This document shows positions 12,346-22,395 of a DNA stretch of 64,000 nt, piece by piece. The notes under the pieces are model-generated. The model was not told where the DNA came from and did no database searches. It worked only from the letters and a program-made list of their open reading frames with translations. The DNA lies in IMG/VR virus record IMGVR_UViG_3300031992_000028, one strand, 5' to 3'. How positions within the stretch are numbered: the stretch's first letter is position 1; every line of letters begins with the position of its first letter. This DNA comes from a virus. Lineage: Duplodnaviria; Caudoviricetes. Made by a program: the position numbers and the translations under genes.

Positions 12346-12410
12346 CTGCTAAATTAAGTAACATAAATCATTTGCATGGTTTGAAAGGTGTCGAAAGGCA
12401 TCTTTTTTTA
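12346..12410 (+). ncRNA. Late-promoter motif, short ORF-less stretch and terminator
   Basis: CTGCTAAATTAA, then ~30 nt, then an AAAGGTGTC-GAAA-GGCATCTTTTTT hairpin. Confidence 0.35.
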
Positions 12411-12438
12411 TCTCCGGCTATTGTATAATATAATAAGT

Positions 12439-12969
12439 ATGTCCACAGAAGAATTAATTGAAAAGGCAGTAGAAAATTTAAATAGGGTTAAGCAATTAAA
12501 CCTAAAGATAACAGGCATATTATTACAGCTTGGCAATGATAATAATTTTTCTGTATCAATATTAGATAATGAAAGTGACTGCACATTTGACACTATTATT
12601 GATGAACAGGTTACTACTAAACAGCTGTTACCAGATGACCCTGTAAGTCTATCACCAGATACTATTATAATGCTGAGAATAGCTAAGCGTATATTTGAAG
12701 CTTATAAAAAATTTAAATCTAAACTTGTTGATGATAGCTTAACACTTAATGCTAACCAAACAATTAGTTCAATACAATGGGGTAATACTACTTATGATAT
12801 TGGAGTTAATGGTAGAAGCTTAACTGCAACATTTGATGAAGTAGATGAGCTAAAAAATAAGCTTAATAATTTACAAACTGAAAAAGATCACTTGGAACAA
12901 GAATTACAAAGCACAAAAGCAATAGTTGATTTACTCCTTCAACGATGCCAAGATAAAGGAATTCTATAA
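12439..12969 (+). CDS. LRIAY-family paralog 7 with C-terminal coiled coil
   Basis: Follows TTGTATAAT; KAVENLNRVKQL...MLRIAKRIF; no TGA. Confidence 0.75.
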   Translation: MSTEELIEKAVENLNRVKQLNLKITGILLQLGNDNNFSVSILDNESDCTFDTIIDEQVTTKQLLPDDPVSLSPDTIIMLRIAKRIFEAYKKFKSKLVDDSLTLNANQTISSIQWGNTTYDIGVNGRSLTATFDEVDELKNKLNNLQTEKDHLEQELQSTKAIVDLLLQRCQDKGIL

Positions 12970-13040
12970 ATTAGAAATTTGTAAAAAAACTATTTACAAG
13001 TTTCTTTTTTTATAGTATAATATAAATAGAGGTAATGAAT

Positions 13041-13436
13041 ATGTTTAGAAAAGCTACTAAGACAGAATTTAGAAATAAACAAGGCAAGTTAGCCAAAGAT
13101 ATTATTGACTGGCTTTTAAAGAAAGAAATCTTTGATGATACTTTTATTTATGTAAATGGCAAACGTTATGGAACCTATGATGGTGAAGGCCATTATAATT
13201 ATGGAACTAACTCTTGGGACAAAGTTTATGTAGAAGATAATAAAGACCCTAAAGACTACTTTGAATATGCAGGAAAGATTTTATCTATGTCTTTTGAGGG
13301 ACCACTTTATGATTTATTAAACTATGGCTTTGAGTGGAATAGCCATGCTGAAGATGAACTTAGAAATATCTTTCATAAATATGGCTATTACTTTGAACTT
13401 GGAAATGCTTGGAACTTAACAGCAGTGGAGGAATAA
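13041..13436 (+). CDS. Hypothetical early protein
   Basis: TTTACA..TATAAT promoter; GAGGT RBS. Confidence 0.75.
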   Translation: MFRKATKTEFRNKQGKLAKDIIDWLLKKEIFDDTFIYVNGKRYGTYDGEGHYNYGTNSWDKVYVEDNKDPKDYFEYAGKILSMSFEGPLYDLLNYGFEWNSHAEDELRNIFHKYGYYFELGNAWNLTAVEE

Positions 13437-13438
13437 TT

Positions 13439-13927
13439 ATGTTTCCAGATTTATTAGAAGCTCTTGGGGCTTATACTGATTACTATATGGACGACACAGA
13501 CCCAGAGGTTAAAGACGCATTTAAAAAAATACTTAAAGATATGTGGCATGAGAAAGCTATAAAGTATGTAGATGATACCGGTGAGATTACTGGTGAAGCT
13601 CGTGCTATTTTAGAAAAGGCTTTACAATTACTTCATAAAAATAAAAACATTCATCTCAGATTTGATTTGAATTCTGAAAATTGCAGCATGCGTCATATGC
13701 AAGACCCAAGAAGTTTAAGTTCACAAATAACTTTACAATTTGAAGTAAAAGAAGGCTTAGCTAAACAATCTATTAAAGCTACCTTTAATAAAGAAGTTTT
13801 TACTGCTAATTGGTTACCAACTGATGATTATGCTAGTATCTCAAATAAAATTAAAGCCTTAGATACTACAACCTATCGTGGTATTAGACTTGCTTATATT
13901 ATCTATCAAGCAATTAAAAATAATTAA
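13439..13927 (+). CDS. LRIAY-family paralog 8
   Basis: GGAGG RBS; KALQLLHKNKNI...GIRLAYIIY. Confidence 0.75.
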   Translation: MFPDLLEALGAYTDYYMDDTDPEVKDAFKKILKDMWHEKAIKYVDDTGEITGEARAILEKALQLLHKNKNIHLRFDLNSENCSMRHMQDPRSLSSQITLQFEVKEGLAKQSIKATFNKEVFTANWLPTDDYASISNKIKALDTTTYRGIRLAYIIYQAIKNN

Positions 13928-13991
13928 TTTTATTATTTACATACACATTTATTTGTGATATAATATTAATAGAAAGTTGAGGTTAACAACT

Positions 13992-14657
13992 ATGGAAAAA
14001 GAATATCAGAAAATTGGAAATGTATTTAAGTTCGATGAAAAGTTTAGAACTATTGTTGGTTTAAATGAACCTTATGAAACTTTAAAGAACATTATTTGGC
14101 AAGGCACTGAAAAGATTGACGGAACTAACATTCGTATTCATTGGGATGGCCATGACATCGAATTCGCTGGTCACACAGATAAAGCACAAATTCCACCAAA
14201 ACTTCAAGCTTACTTAGAGTCTGTGTTCAAAGTTCCAGAAATGGAATATATTTTTGAACAAGTCTTTGGTGAATCTGAAGCTTATATCTTTGGTGAAGGT
14301 TTTGGTGCTGGAATTCAAAAGTCTGGCGGAGACTATGTAGAAAACGGAACTGATGTTTCTTTCATTGTCTTTGATGTTCAAATCGATGGTTGGGACCTTG
14401 ATAGAAAAAATACTACAGATGTCGCTACTAAACTTGGCTTACCTTCTGTCCCTGTTTGCTTTGAAGGAACTTTAGACGAAGCTAAAGCTTATGTTGCTGA
14501 ACATCATATGTCTACACTTAATGGCGGAAAACATGAAATGGAGGGCTTAGTCTTAGTGCCTCGCGATATTCAATTATATGACAAGAAGCATCACCTCATC
14601 AAGTGCAAATGCAAGTATAGAGATATGGTTCGTGCTGGCTTAGTTGAGGAGAAATAA
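13992..14657 (+). CDS. RNA ligase (Rnl2-like nucleotidyltransferase domain)
   Basis: TEKIDGTN, FGEG, FDV, EGLV and terminal KxK motifs; no OB domain. Confidence 0.85.
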   Translation: MEKEYQKIGNVFKFDEKFRTIVGLNEPYETLKNIIWQGTEKIDGTNIRIHWDGHDIEFAGHTDKAQIPPKLQAYLESVFKVPEMEYIFEQVFGESEAYIFGEGFGAGIQKSGGDYVENGTDVSFIVFDVQIDGWDLDRKNTTDVATKLGLPSVPVCFEGTLDEAKAYVAEHHMSTLNGGKHEMEGLVLVPRDIQLYDKKHHLIKCKCKYRDMVRAGLVEEK

Positions 14658-14659
14658 TT

Positions 14660-14995
14660 ATGAGCTTAGATGCAAAAGTTTATATTGGCTATGGCATTGA
14701 TATTGGCTATGACAGATTTACCGAATATGAAGAGCGAGTAGACTATATGTATGACTTTGAAAGAAACGATGGTACTGAACTTGTTATTGATGGAATGAGC
14801 GGAAATTACGCACTTATCATGAGTGTCATTGATGTAGTTGAAGACCTTTATGGCGGTAGCGATGAAGTGCTAGCGCTTGAAATTACAGATAAAGCTGAAG
14901 TAGTTGAGAAGCTTAAAGCTGCTTATAAAGAAATTACTGGTGAAGATGCTAGTGATGAAAACGTCAAACTTTATAGAGTTGTTTGGGTTGGTTAA
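14660..14995 (+). CDS. Hypothetical protein
   Basis: GAGGAG RBS; in operon. Confidence 0.75.
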   Translation: MSLDAKVYIGYGIDIGYDRFTEYEERVDYMYDFERNDGTELVIDGMSGNYALIMSVIDVVEDLYGGSDEVLALEITDKAEVVEKLKAAYKEITGEDASDENVKLYRVVWVG

Positions 14996-14996
14996 T

Positions 14997-15470
14997 ATGA
15001 AGATTTATATTGCTGCAAGTTTCGCATATGAAGATAAGGCTAAGACCAGCCAAAAGAAAGACTTAATTGAGAAGACAGTCAAAAGAATTAAGAAATTTCT
15101 AAAAGGCGATTACTATTTGCCACATCAACTAAAGATTCCAAATGCTTGGGACATTAGTTTAGAAGAATGGTCAAGAGCTGTATATGAGCATGATATGAAA
15201 GCACTTGAAGAGTCTGAAGTAGTAATCTTCTTAAGTTTTGGCAAAGAGAATAATGCTGGCTCAGCTTGGGAAATGGGGTATGTTCATGGGTTTAATTTAC
15301 ATGAGCAAGTTCATTTTCCAAAAACAGTTGTTGTAGTAAAGATGACTGATGAGCCTGAAAGTCTTATGATTAGTAATTCAGTAGATAGAATTATTATGAG
15401 TAATGAAATTGAAACCTATGATTGGAAGACACTTCCAAAATATAAAACAGCTTTAGAAAAATTAAGTTAA
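14997..15470 (+). CDS. Nucleoside 2-deoxyribosyltransferase / nucleotide N-hydrolase-like protein
   Basis: MKIYIAASF...D...L..S..V...GSAWEMGY. Confidence 0.7.
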   Translation: MKIYIAASFAYEDKAKTSQKKDLIEKTVKRIKKFLKGDYYLPHQLKIPNAWDISLEEWSRAVYEHDMKALEESEVVIFLSFGKENNAGSAWEMGYVHGFNLHEQVHFPKTVVVVKMTDEPESLMISNSVDRIIMSNEIETYDWKTLPKYKTALEKLS

Positions 15471-15474
15471 TAAT

Positions 15475-15642
15475 ATGAGACAGTGGAAGATAGAAAGAAT
15501 AGCAACTTTTGATGATGAAGAGCTCGCTAATTTTATTACTGAGATAGACAATAGACCTGGCTGTGAAGTTAAAGAAGTAATATTTATTGGTAATAACACA
15601 GTAAAAGTTAGACTCTATCAAATCTTATATATAGAGGACTAG
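15475..15642 (+). CDS. Hypothetical protein (55 aa)
   Basis: ATG-to-TAG ORF filling the operon gap. Confidence 0.6.
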   Translation: MRQWKIERIATFDDEELANFITEIDNRPGCEVKEVIFIGNNTVKVRLYQILYIED

Positions 15643-15644
15643 AA

Positions 15645-15914
15645 ATGAAAGTGAGTGAATTAATTCATCTACTACAAAAATACCCAGATAAAGAAGTTAT
15701 AGTAAGAATTGGTAATGGCTTATTTTGTCCAGTAGAGCTAGTAAAACTCTTTGATGGAAACATTATTATAGTAGGGAAAGACCTAAAAGTCTCTGACAAA
15801 TGTGTTGATTTTGAGCCTTTGAAGTTCGAGACTTCTGTCGAAAAGCTCTATATTATAGATAATAAGAAATATGACTTCCGCCAAAATACACTCATAGTAG
15901 TATGAAGATTTTAA
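15645..15914 (+). CDS. Hypothetical protein (terminal TGA; TAA three codons later)
   Basis: GAGGA RBS; MKVSELIHLLQKYP..EV, a common phage N-terminus. Confidence 0.7.
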
Positions 15915-16039
15915 GACTTCTGTCAAAAGCAGAAGTTTTTTCTTTATTTAAAACTGAATCTCCGTCAGTCTGGCCCCAAGTAATTAAGAAATTGGGCGAA
16001 GCCCTTTTGAGGTGAAAAAATTGCCTTTGAGTCAATTTA

Positions 16040-16052
16040 TTTGCTAAATTAT
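16040..16052 (+). promoter_or_regulatory. Putative late promoter
   Basis: TTTGCTAAATTAT. Confidence 0.7.
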
Positions 16053-16069
16053 ACAAAGAGTAAAGCTTT

Positions 16070-16510
16070 ATGGATAAGATTTCAGAACTTCAACAACATA
16101 GAAACAAACTACTTGAGGGAAACAATTTAAGTACTTCAATTGCCAAGATGATCAGAGTCAAAGACCTTCCAGCTACCTTTCACTCAGCTACCACAATTGC
16201 TGGCCGAGATGGTAAGACCGAGATAGTGTTGGAGCTCTTCATTGATGTATTGAACACAGAGAAAATTGCAAGAGTTTATTTATACCTTACTGAGGACCTT
16301 TTTGACCCAGATAGCTTTAGTTATATAGATGGTGAAATAGGCCTTGGAGATAAGAAAATAGACATAGACGATTTCATTAAACTTAGAGCTCTTCGAACAG
16401 TATATAATGTAATAAGAAATATAAGCACTGGTTATGCAAATGCAGTCGACCCAAATAAAATAATATATGTCAGAACTCGATGAACAGGTATGTGTGATTA
16501 TAGTAATTAA
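16070..16510 (+). CDS. LRIAY-family paralog 9, divergent (TGA=Trp)
   Basis: IKLRALRTVY; reads through TGA 16481 to TAA 16510. Confidence 0.65.
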
Positions 16511-16522
16511 GGCGGTAATAAT

Positions 16523-16909
16523 ATGACAGACAGTGAATTTAGAACAAGAAAAATGATAGTCTTGAGGGCAATAGCAGCCTTACAAAAACGCTTAGTTATT
16601 AAGGTAGAAGCCTCAGATATTTATATAAAACATGATAATATAATGGTTGATTTTATATATACAGATAGTATTAATTTTAATCCACCAGTAGATAAAAAGA
16701 TAACTTTAGGCTTCAGTAATAAATGATTTAATACAGAAGATTGGCTTACACAAGGTCAATTTGGAGATAGTTGAATGAAACAAAATTTTGAAGACACAGA
16801 AGCCCATATATCATCTAGTGCTGCTATGTCAGAAGAAGATAAAGCAGTCTTACGTATTGCTTACCAATTCTTTAGATATCTTAAGCCATATAAAGAATTT
16901 CTTAAATAG
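16523..16909 (+). CDS. LRIAY-family paralog 10 (TGA=Trp)
   Basis: The family motif AVLRIAYQFF lies after two TGA. Confidence 0.75.
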
Positions 16910-16911
16910 TT

Positions 16912-17292
16912 ATGAATTACCCATATAGACCCCAAAAAGAATGAGACATAATAAATATAGTTAAGAAAGCTATTAGGACCTTAAATAAGAAAAAAGGTGC
17001 TAATTTTAAGATGCGTAATATTAGCTTTGGTTTAGGTGTAGATGATAAGTATGGCTCAGGACAATTAGATACTACAGTAAGCTTAACAGTGCAAGATACA
17101 GTAAGTAAAAAGACAATAAAATTATTCTGGTATGAAAGCTTCTTTAATGCTGAATTACCAGACGATAAAGATGAAGTAGCAGGAGTAAATAAAGTAAGCA
17201 AACCAGAAGACAAAGTATTACTTAGAATTGCTTATAGCATTTGGTTCTGCAGACACTGAATGAGCTCACCACAAAAGAAAAATATAAAATAG
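16912..17292 (+). CDS. LRIAY-family paralog 11 (TGA=Trp)
   Basis: KAIRTLNKKKG...VLLRIAYSIW; 2 TGA. Confidence 0.75.
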
Positions 17293-17402
17293 TTTTAAAA
17301 TAATCTGCTATAATTAATTGAAGGTTGTTAAAAAGGGTGAAATAGGTTTCACTCAAAATATCCTTCTTTTTTTATACTCTTTTGCGCCGTATAATATAAT
17401 GT

Positions 17403-17834
17403 ATGAACTTTAATGTTATAGACCAAGCGGTGAAGTTAGTAAGAGATAAATTCAAGATAGATTTTATCGTTAACAATTATACACTAGAGACAGACCCAGA
17501 AGAAGTAATGATGTTTGGTGATGGTAATAAGCTTAGACTTCATAGAGAGCCAGAGCTTAAGATGACAATCACTGTAGTAGAAGACTATACTTCTTGGACC
17601 GAGCATACAGATTTAGATTATGTAATATTCGGTAGTGATATACAAGACGGAAGCTTAGTAGACGAAGTCATTGGTGGAAACATCAAAGGTTATGACTTAG
17701 CTATGAGGCAAGCTCTGAGACTCGCCTTCATCATATATAATGGAATCCAATATGGTGTAAAGAGAGAGCAACGAAAAGATTATATAGACAAAGGTTGGCA
17801 CCCAAGAGTGGTAAGTGTAAGAATGAGATACTAA
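17403..17834 (+). CDS. LRIAY-family paralog 12 (leaderless)
   Basis: DQAVKLVRDK...ALRLAFIIY; no TGA. Confidence 0.7.
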   Translation: MNFNVIDQAVKLVRDKFKIDFIVNNYTLETDPEEVMMFGDGNKLRLHREPELKMTITVVEDYTSWTEHTDLDYVIFGSDIQDGSLVDEVIGGNIKGYDLAMRQALRLAFIIYNGIQYGVKREQRKDYIDKGWHPRVVSVRMRY

Positions 17835-17890
17835 AAAATATCTCATTTTTTTATTTACTTTTAAAGGCAACTATGGTATAATATAAATGT

Positions 17891-18955
17891 ATGAGTAAGA
17901 TTATCGGAACTTGTTTAGGAGAATATGTAAAAGAAGAAGATGTTTTTTATGATCCTCTAACTGACATATATAAGATAAAGGCTGGAGATAGACTAGTGGA
18001 AATTGATGGCCACGCTTTGCAGTCTGAGAGTCTAAGAACTTTACAGGAAGCCTTAAGTAATGTAGACGACGAAAACATTAAGATAGATATGTTAGGCAGT
18101 TGGGCTAAGGCGAGAAGTAATCCGACATATATAGATTCAAACTCTACATTCATCGATACTCAGGTTCCTTATACAGCGAAAGAGATAACTGACAAACTAC
18201 AAGAAGCGGTGAGCAACTTGAGTAGCAAAACATCGGCTGCGGGGCTGGCTGCAGGAGCGCCTTTTGACAGTCAGAGCCAAGACCCCTTGCGTGCGCGCGT
18301 TGAAGCAGCCGGAGCTTATGTCAGACCAGCAGACCCAGGAAGCTGGAGCGTCCGCTTCACCGACAAAGCCGCCGAGAAGCTTAGGGCGAACAGCGTTTAT
18401 GGCCTCGGAAGCGCACAAGCCCACACCTCGGCGCCCTGGGACGATCCGCTAGCTGCCGACTTGACGAAAGCTCAGAATACTGTAGCTTGTATAGATATGC
18501 CAGACTATAGACCAGACTATAACCCTAATGCGAGAGTTGATATATATTATCATGATAGATTTCCTTCTATACCATTTAAGTCTATTATAGAGGACGCGAT
18601 TGAATTACTAAATAAAAATAAAAATTTACATATATCTAAAATTTCTTTACATAATGAAAAATTTAGTAACTATGATATATCTCTTACATTCTCGGCCGAT
18701 CATCCGACATCCCCAGGACTTAGAAAAGTTTTAGAAGTATTATTTACACATACGGCGTTCGACCGAGCTTACAAAACAGACTTAGATAAGAATGCAGGAC
18801 TTAGAGCAAAGCTTGATACAAATACTTATATGAAACTTAGAATTGCTTTCTTACTATATGAGGCTCTGAAACTTAATGATGCAGACGCCAAAAAGATACA
18901 CTTAGACATCTTTAGAATATTTGCAAGCGACACAAGACCAAATTTCCATATTTAA
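17891..18955 (+). CDS. LRIAY-family paralog 13 with long N-terminal extension
   Basis: DAIELLNKNKNLHI...MKLRIAFLLY at the C-terminus; early-type promoter. Confidence 0.75.
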   Translation: MSKIIGTCLGEYVKEEDVFYDPLTDIYKIKAGDRLVEIDGHALQSESLRTLQEALSNVDDENIKIDMLGSWAKARSNPTYIDSNSTFIDTQVPYTAKEITDKLQEAVSNLSSKTSAAGLAAGAPFDSQSQDPLRARVEAAGAYVRPADPGSWSVRFTDKAAEKLRANSVYGLGSAQAHTSAPWDDPLAADLTKAQNTVACIDMPDYRPDYNPNARVDIYYHDRFPSIPFKSIIEDAIELLNKNKNLHISKISLHNEKFSNYDISLTFSADHPTSPGLRKVLEVLFTHTAFDRAYKTDLDKNAGLRAKLDTNTYMKLRIAFLLYEALKLNDADAKKIHLDIFRIFASDTRPNFHI

Positions 18956-19027
18956 AACTTATTTAAGGCCGTCACAACAAACAAAACAGCATAAGCCAGG
19001 ATAAAATTATATCTTGGCTTTTTTCGT

Positions 19028-19241
19028 GCCCCAAAACGCCCCGTTTTGCTTTTTGCCCGAAATTGGTACGTTTTCGTTTTTTAGCTTTTCTGAATTTGCC
19101 CCGTTTTCGTTACTGGCCAGATCCGCGATCCAGGGCGTCCGAAATTAGTACGTTTTCAAAAACCGAAATCACCCCAGTTTCAAAAAGCCGAAATCAGTAC
19201 GTTTTCAAAATAGCCAATTTGGGGCGATTTCGTTTTGGGGC
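19028..19241. repeat. Direct-repeat (iteron-like) cluster enclosed by an inverted repeat
   Basis: CCGAAATYRGTACGTTTTC at 19057, 19139, 19188 (variant at 19163); GCCCCAAAACG ... CGTTTTGGGGC flanks. Confidence 0.85.
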
Positions 19242-19327
19242 AGATAAAATACCTACTTAATATAAAAAGTGTCACAGAATGCGTTTGTGACATGTCTGTG
19301 ACTATTCTAAGCTTTTGCCATATAACT

Positions 19328-19617
19328 AAAAGAAAAGCGACGACTCAGAGCCTGGATTTAAGAGAGAGGTGATGGCTCGTTGTGTGTCGTCGCCGGCTAA
19401 GAGGACATTGTGGGTGACCGGTTAGCCTTGAAAGGAGGTAATTGTCATAAGGGGATTTGACTCGCTAAACTGCCCGAAACCTAATGACTTGATTCTGTTT
19501 GTGATTCTGTTTAAATTACGTATCGTTAGTTTTTTTGACACTCTATTGATTACCTATCGTTATACGTATCGTCTGAGGCATTCCTTTTCATTATTGGCAG
19601 TTTTTCGGTTGCCTCAT
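19328..19617 (-). ncRNA. Putative ~290-nt structured sRNA with several anti-SD motifs
   Basis: Minus-strand TTGTATAAT (19623-19631); hairpins; ATTACCTCCTTTC, GTCCTCTT, GCCATCACCTCTCTCTT; terminator GCGACGAC...GTCGTCGC-TTTTCTTTT. Confidence 0.65.
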
Positions 19618-20115
19618 ACTATATTATACAACTAAAAATTATTTTTTAACAACTTTTTTCAAATTTAGGCAATTTCAGCTTCACATGTGTGCGTGTGTGG
19701 CGGCGCGCCAGTATTCTTAAACGTTAGAAGAATACCGCGCGTGGCCATGTGCGTGCGTATACACCAAAGCTTTCAAACTAAGGCAATTTCAAATTGAGCT
19801 GATTTCAAACGCAGGTCGACTTTAGCTTATATATTTTTTTATTTAAATAAAATAAATATATAAGTTAAAAAGTGCTCAAAGTGGGTTAATTTGTAAAAAA
19901 AGTTAAAAAAACTATTTACAGCTATTTACTTTTGTGCTATAATATTGTTATAATGGGGAGTGTTTTTTTATAAAAAAATAAAAAAGCCCTTAAATTAGCA
20001 TAGTTCAGGCTGTATAATATAATAGGGAATAAAATGAAATTGTTCCAATTTCATTTATGTGTGCGCAAGCACACACGTGTAATACTAAAAAAATTCATTA
20101 CTAAATCAGGGTGTT

Positions 20116-20171
20116 TTTAATAATTTAATAAATTAATAATTTAATGATTTAATGTTTTAATAAATTATTAA
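20116..20171 (+). repeat. 7 x 8-bp tandem repeat (TTTAATRA)
   Basis: tttaataa tttaataa attaataa tttaatga tttaatgt tttaataa attattaa. Confidence 0.85.
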
Positions 20172-20347
20172 CACATAAATATATGTACATGAATTATCTA
20201 TATTAATTCTTAGCTAATATCATATAGCTATAGTAGCATAGCTTATAATAATAGCTTATATATAAGCTTTTGGCGCCCGCACACATATGTACATGCGTAC
20301 AGTAAGTACGGAATTAAAGTAGTTTCAAATTGAGGAGATTTCAAAAC

Positions 20348-20653
20348 ATGGCGAATCCAGAACAAAAGAAGTGACCAGTCATCACTTGTCCACATTGCGG
20401 TTATCAATATGCCCCAGCAGAGATATTCATGCCAGGAGATCTGATTGGCAATCCAGAACAAGTTGTTAGAGATGCACTTGGCAAAATCATCTACCAAGAG
20501 TATGATGAAGATAGTGAACCAGCACAAGTTGGGCACTACATCTGCGACGAGTGTGGAAAACCATTCATCGTAGAGCCAGTAATTACATATAAAGTTAAGA
20601 AAGAAGATGAGGCTAAAGATTTCAGTGACCTTTCAGCCAGCTTACTAGACTAA
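20348..20653 (+). CDS. Zinc-ribbon protein (TGA=Trp at codon 9)
   Basis: GAGGAG RBS and ATG 20348; CPHC...CDEC; the first CxxC is lost if TGA is read as stop. Confidence 0.75.
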
Positions 20654-20679
20654 TTCCAAGTCAGGGAGATTTCAGATAA

Positions 20680-22395
20680 GTGATCTACATCAGAGAGATC
20701 GTTCCAAGAAAATTTTCCGGGCTAAGTTCATTCTTAGTCTCTTTTCAGTATGACCCAAAGATAGTGGAGGCAATCAAAACAGTTCCAGCTTACTACTATC
20801 ACAAGAAAGATTTGTGCTGAGAAATTCCAAGTGACTATCTTGCCACTCTTTTAGACACACTTACTTTCTTAGATAATATACAACTGATAATGCTTCCTGA
20901 AACTGAGGTAATTCCAAATCCAGGCGATTTCAGTTTGACCCAGGCGGAAATAGACCAACTTCACTTCAAGCCATTTCCACATCAAGTAGATGCGATCAAC
21001 TACGGCTTAAATCCGAAACACACTAAGTGGCTCTTATTAGACAGCATGGGTCTCGGCAAGACTTTAGAGATCATCGGATATGCGGAAACTCTAAAATCCA
21101 GGGGTCTTATCGATCATGCACTAATTATCTGCGGAGTAGATTCACTAAGACAGAACTGGAAATCCGAAATTGAGAAGTTTTCAAACTATGGTGTTAGAGT
21201 CTTAGGCGAATACATCACTAAGAATGGAACTATCAGATACAGAACTATTCCAGAAAGAGCTGCGGAGTTAAAAGAACCGATTTCAGAATTTTTCGTAGTA
21301 ATTAACGCTGCCACATTAAGACACGATGAAGTGATCGATGCTTTTAAGAAATCTAAGAACAAGTTTGGGTTGATTGCAGTAGATGAAGTGCATCGCTTTG
21401 CATCGTCAACATCGCAACAAGGTGACAATCTACTAAAACTAAAATCCGACTACAAGGTTGCAGCTACAGGTACACTTTTACTAAATTCACCAATCAGCTG
21501 TTATGTACCTCTAGTGTGGACTGAGAACGATCACAGCATCTTGACGAACTTCAAAGCTCAGTACTGTAAATTCGGCGGTTTTGGTGATAAACAGATCGTT
21601 GGATATAAGAATTTAGAGACACTAAGAGAAGAAATTAACTCATGTATGATCCGAAGAACGCTGGATCAAGTGCGAGACGACATGCCACTAAAGAACATTA
21701 CTTACCAGATAGTAGAAATGTCTGATCAACATCGTAAGTTTTATGATGCTATAGTGGACGGTGTAAAATCAGAAGCTGATAAGATCAAGCTCAACACATC
21801 GAACTTACTTGCGTTAACTACCAGACTTCGCCAGGCTACAGCATGTCCTAGTGTGCTTACCACTCAGAACATCGTAAGCTCTAAGGTCGAAAGAGCTGCG
21901 GAAATAGCTACAGATCTACTAGAGTCAGGCGAGAAAGTTGTAGTGTTTAGCATGTTCAAGGAATCTGTACAGGCTTTAGCTACGATGCTAGCACAGTACA
22001 AGCCGCTAATCTGTACAGGTGATTATACTGAACAGCAGATCAAGTCTAGTGTGGAAGCTTTCCAAAATGATCCGAATTCGAAATTACTGATCGGCACACA
22101 TCAGAAGATGGGCACTGGATTCACACTAAATTCCGCATCGTACTTGATCTGCATCGACACACCGTGGACTGATGCTTCACTGAGTCAGTCTACAGATCGT
22201 ATCTGGCGAATCACTAACAAGTATCCAGCATATGTTACCGTACTTACTTGCGCTGATACTATTGATGAACGTGTTAGAGAGATTGTTGAAACTAAGAAGG
22301 ATCTATCTGACTACATGATCGACGGCGTAGAAAATGAGCTCGCAGTTAGTGAACAGCTTTCGAATGAGATGCGCAGAATCATTCAGAACCTTTAG
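20680..22395 (+). CDS. SNF2-family helicase with N-terminal HARP-like domain (one TGA=Trp)
   Basis: DSMGLGKT, DEVH, TGT, GTGFTL, QSTDRIWR. GTG start after GGGAG. FQYD..IVEAIK.VP...(W)EIP with TGA at 20818. Confidence 0.85.

Noticed and set aside
15945-16035. Possible ncRNA with two small hairpins
   Set aside because: No promoter motif or terminator delimits it; too weak to call.
19063-19260. 65-aa ORF in the repeat region
   Set aside because: No RBS, atypical codons, and it simply translates the DNA repeats.
19360-19460. + strand mini-ORFs after strong SD-like motifs
   Set aside because: SD-to-start spacing is poor, the ORFs are tiny, and promoter and terminator polarity point to the minus strand.
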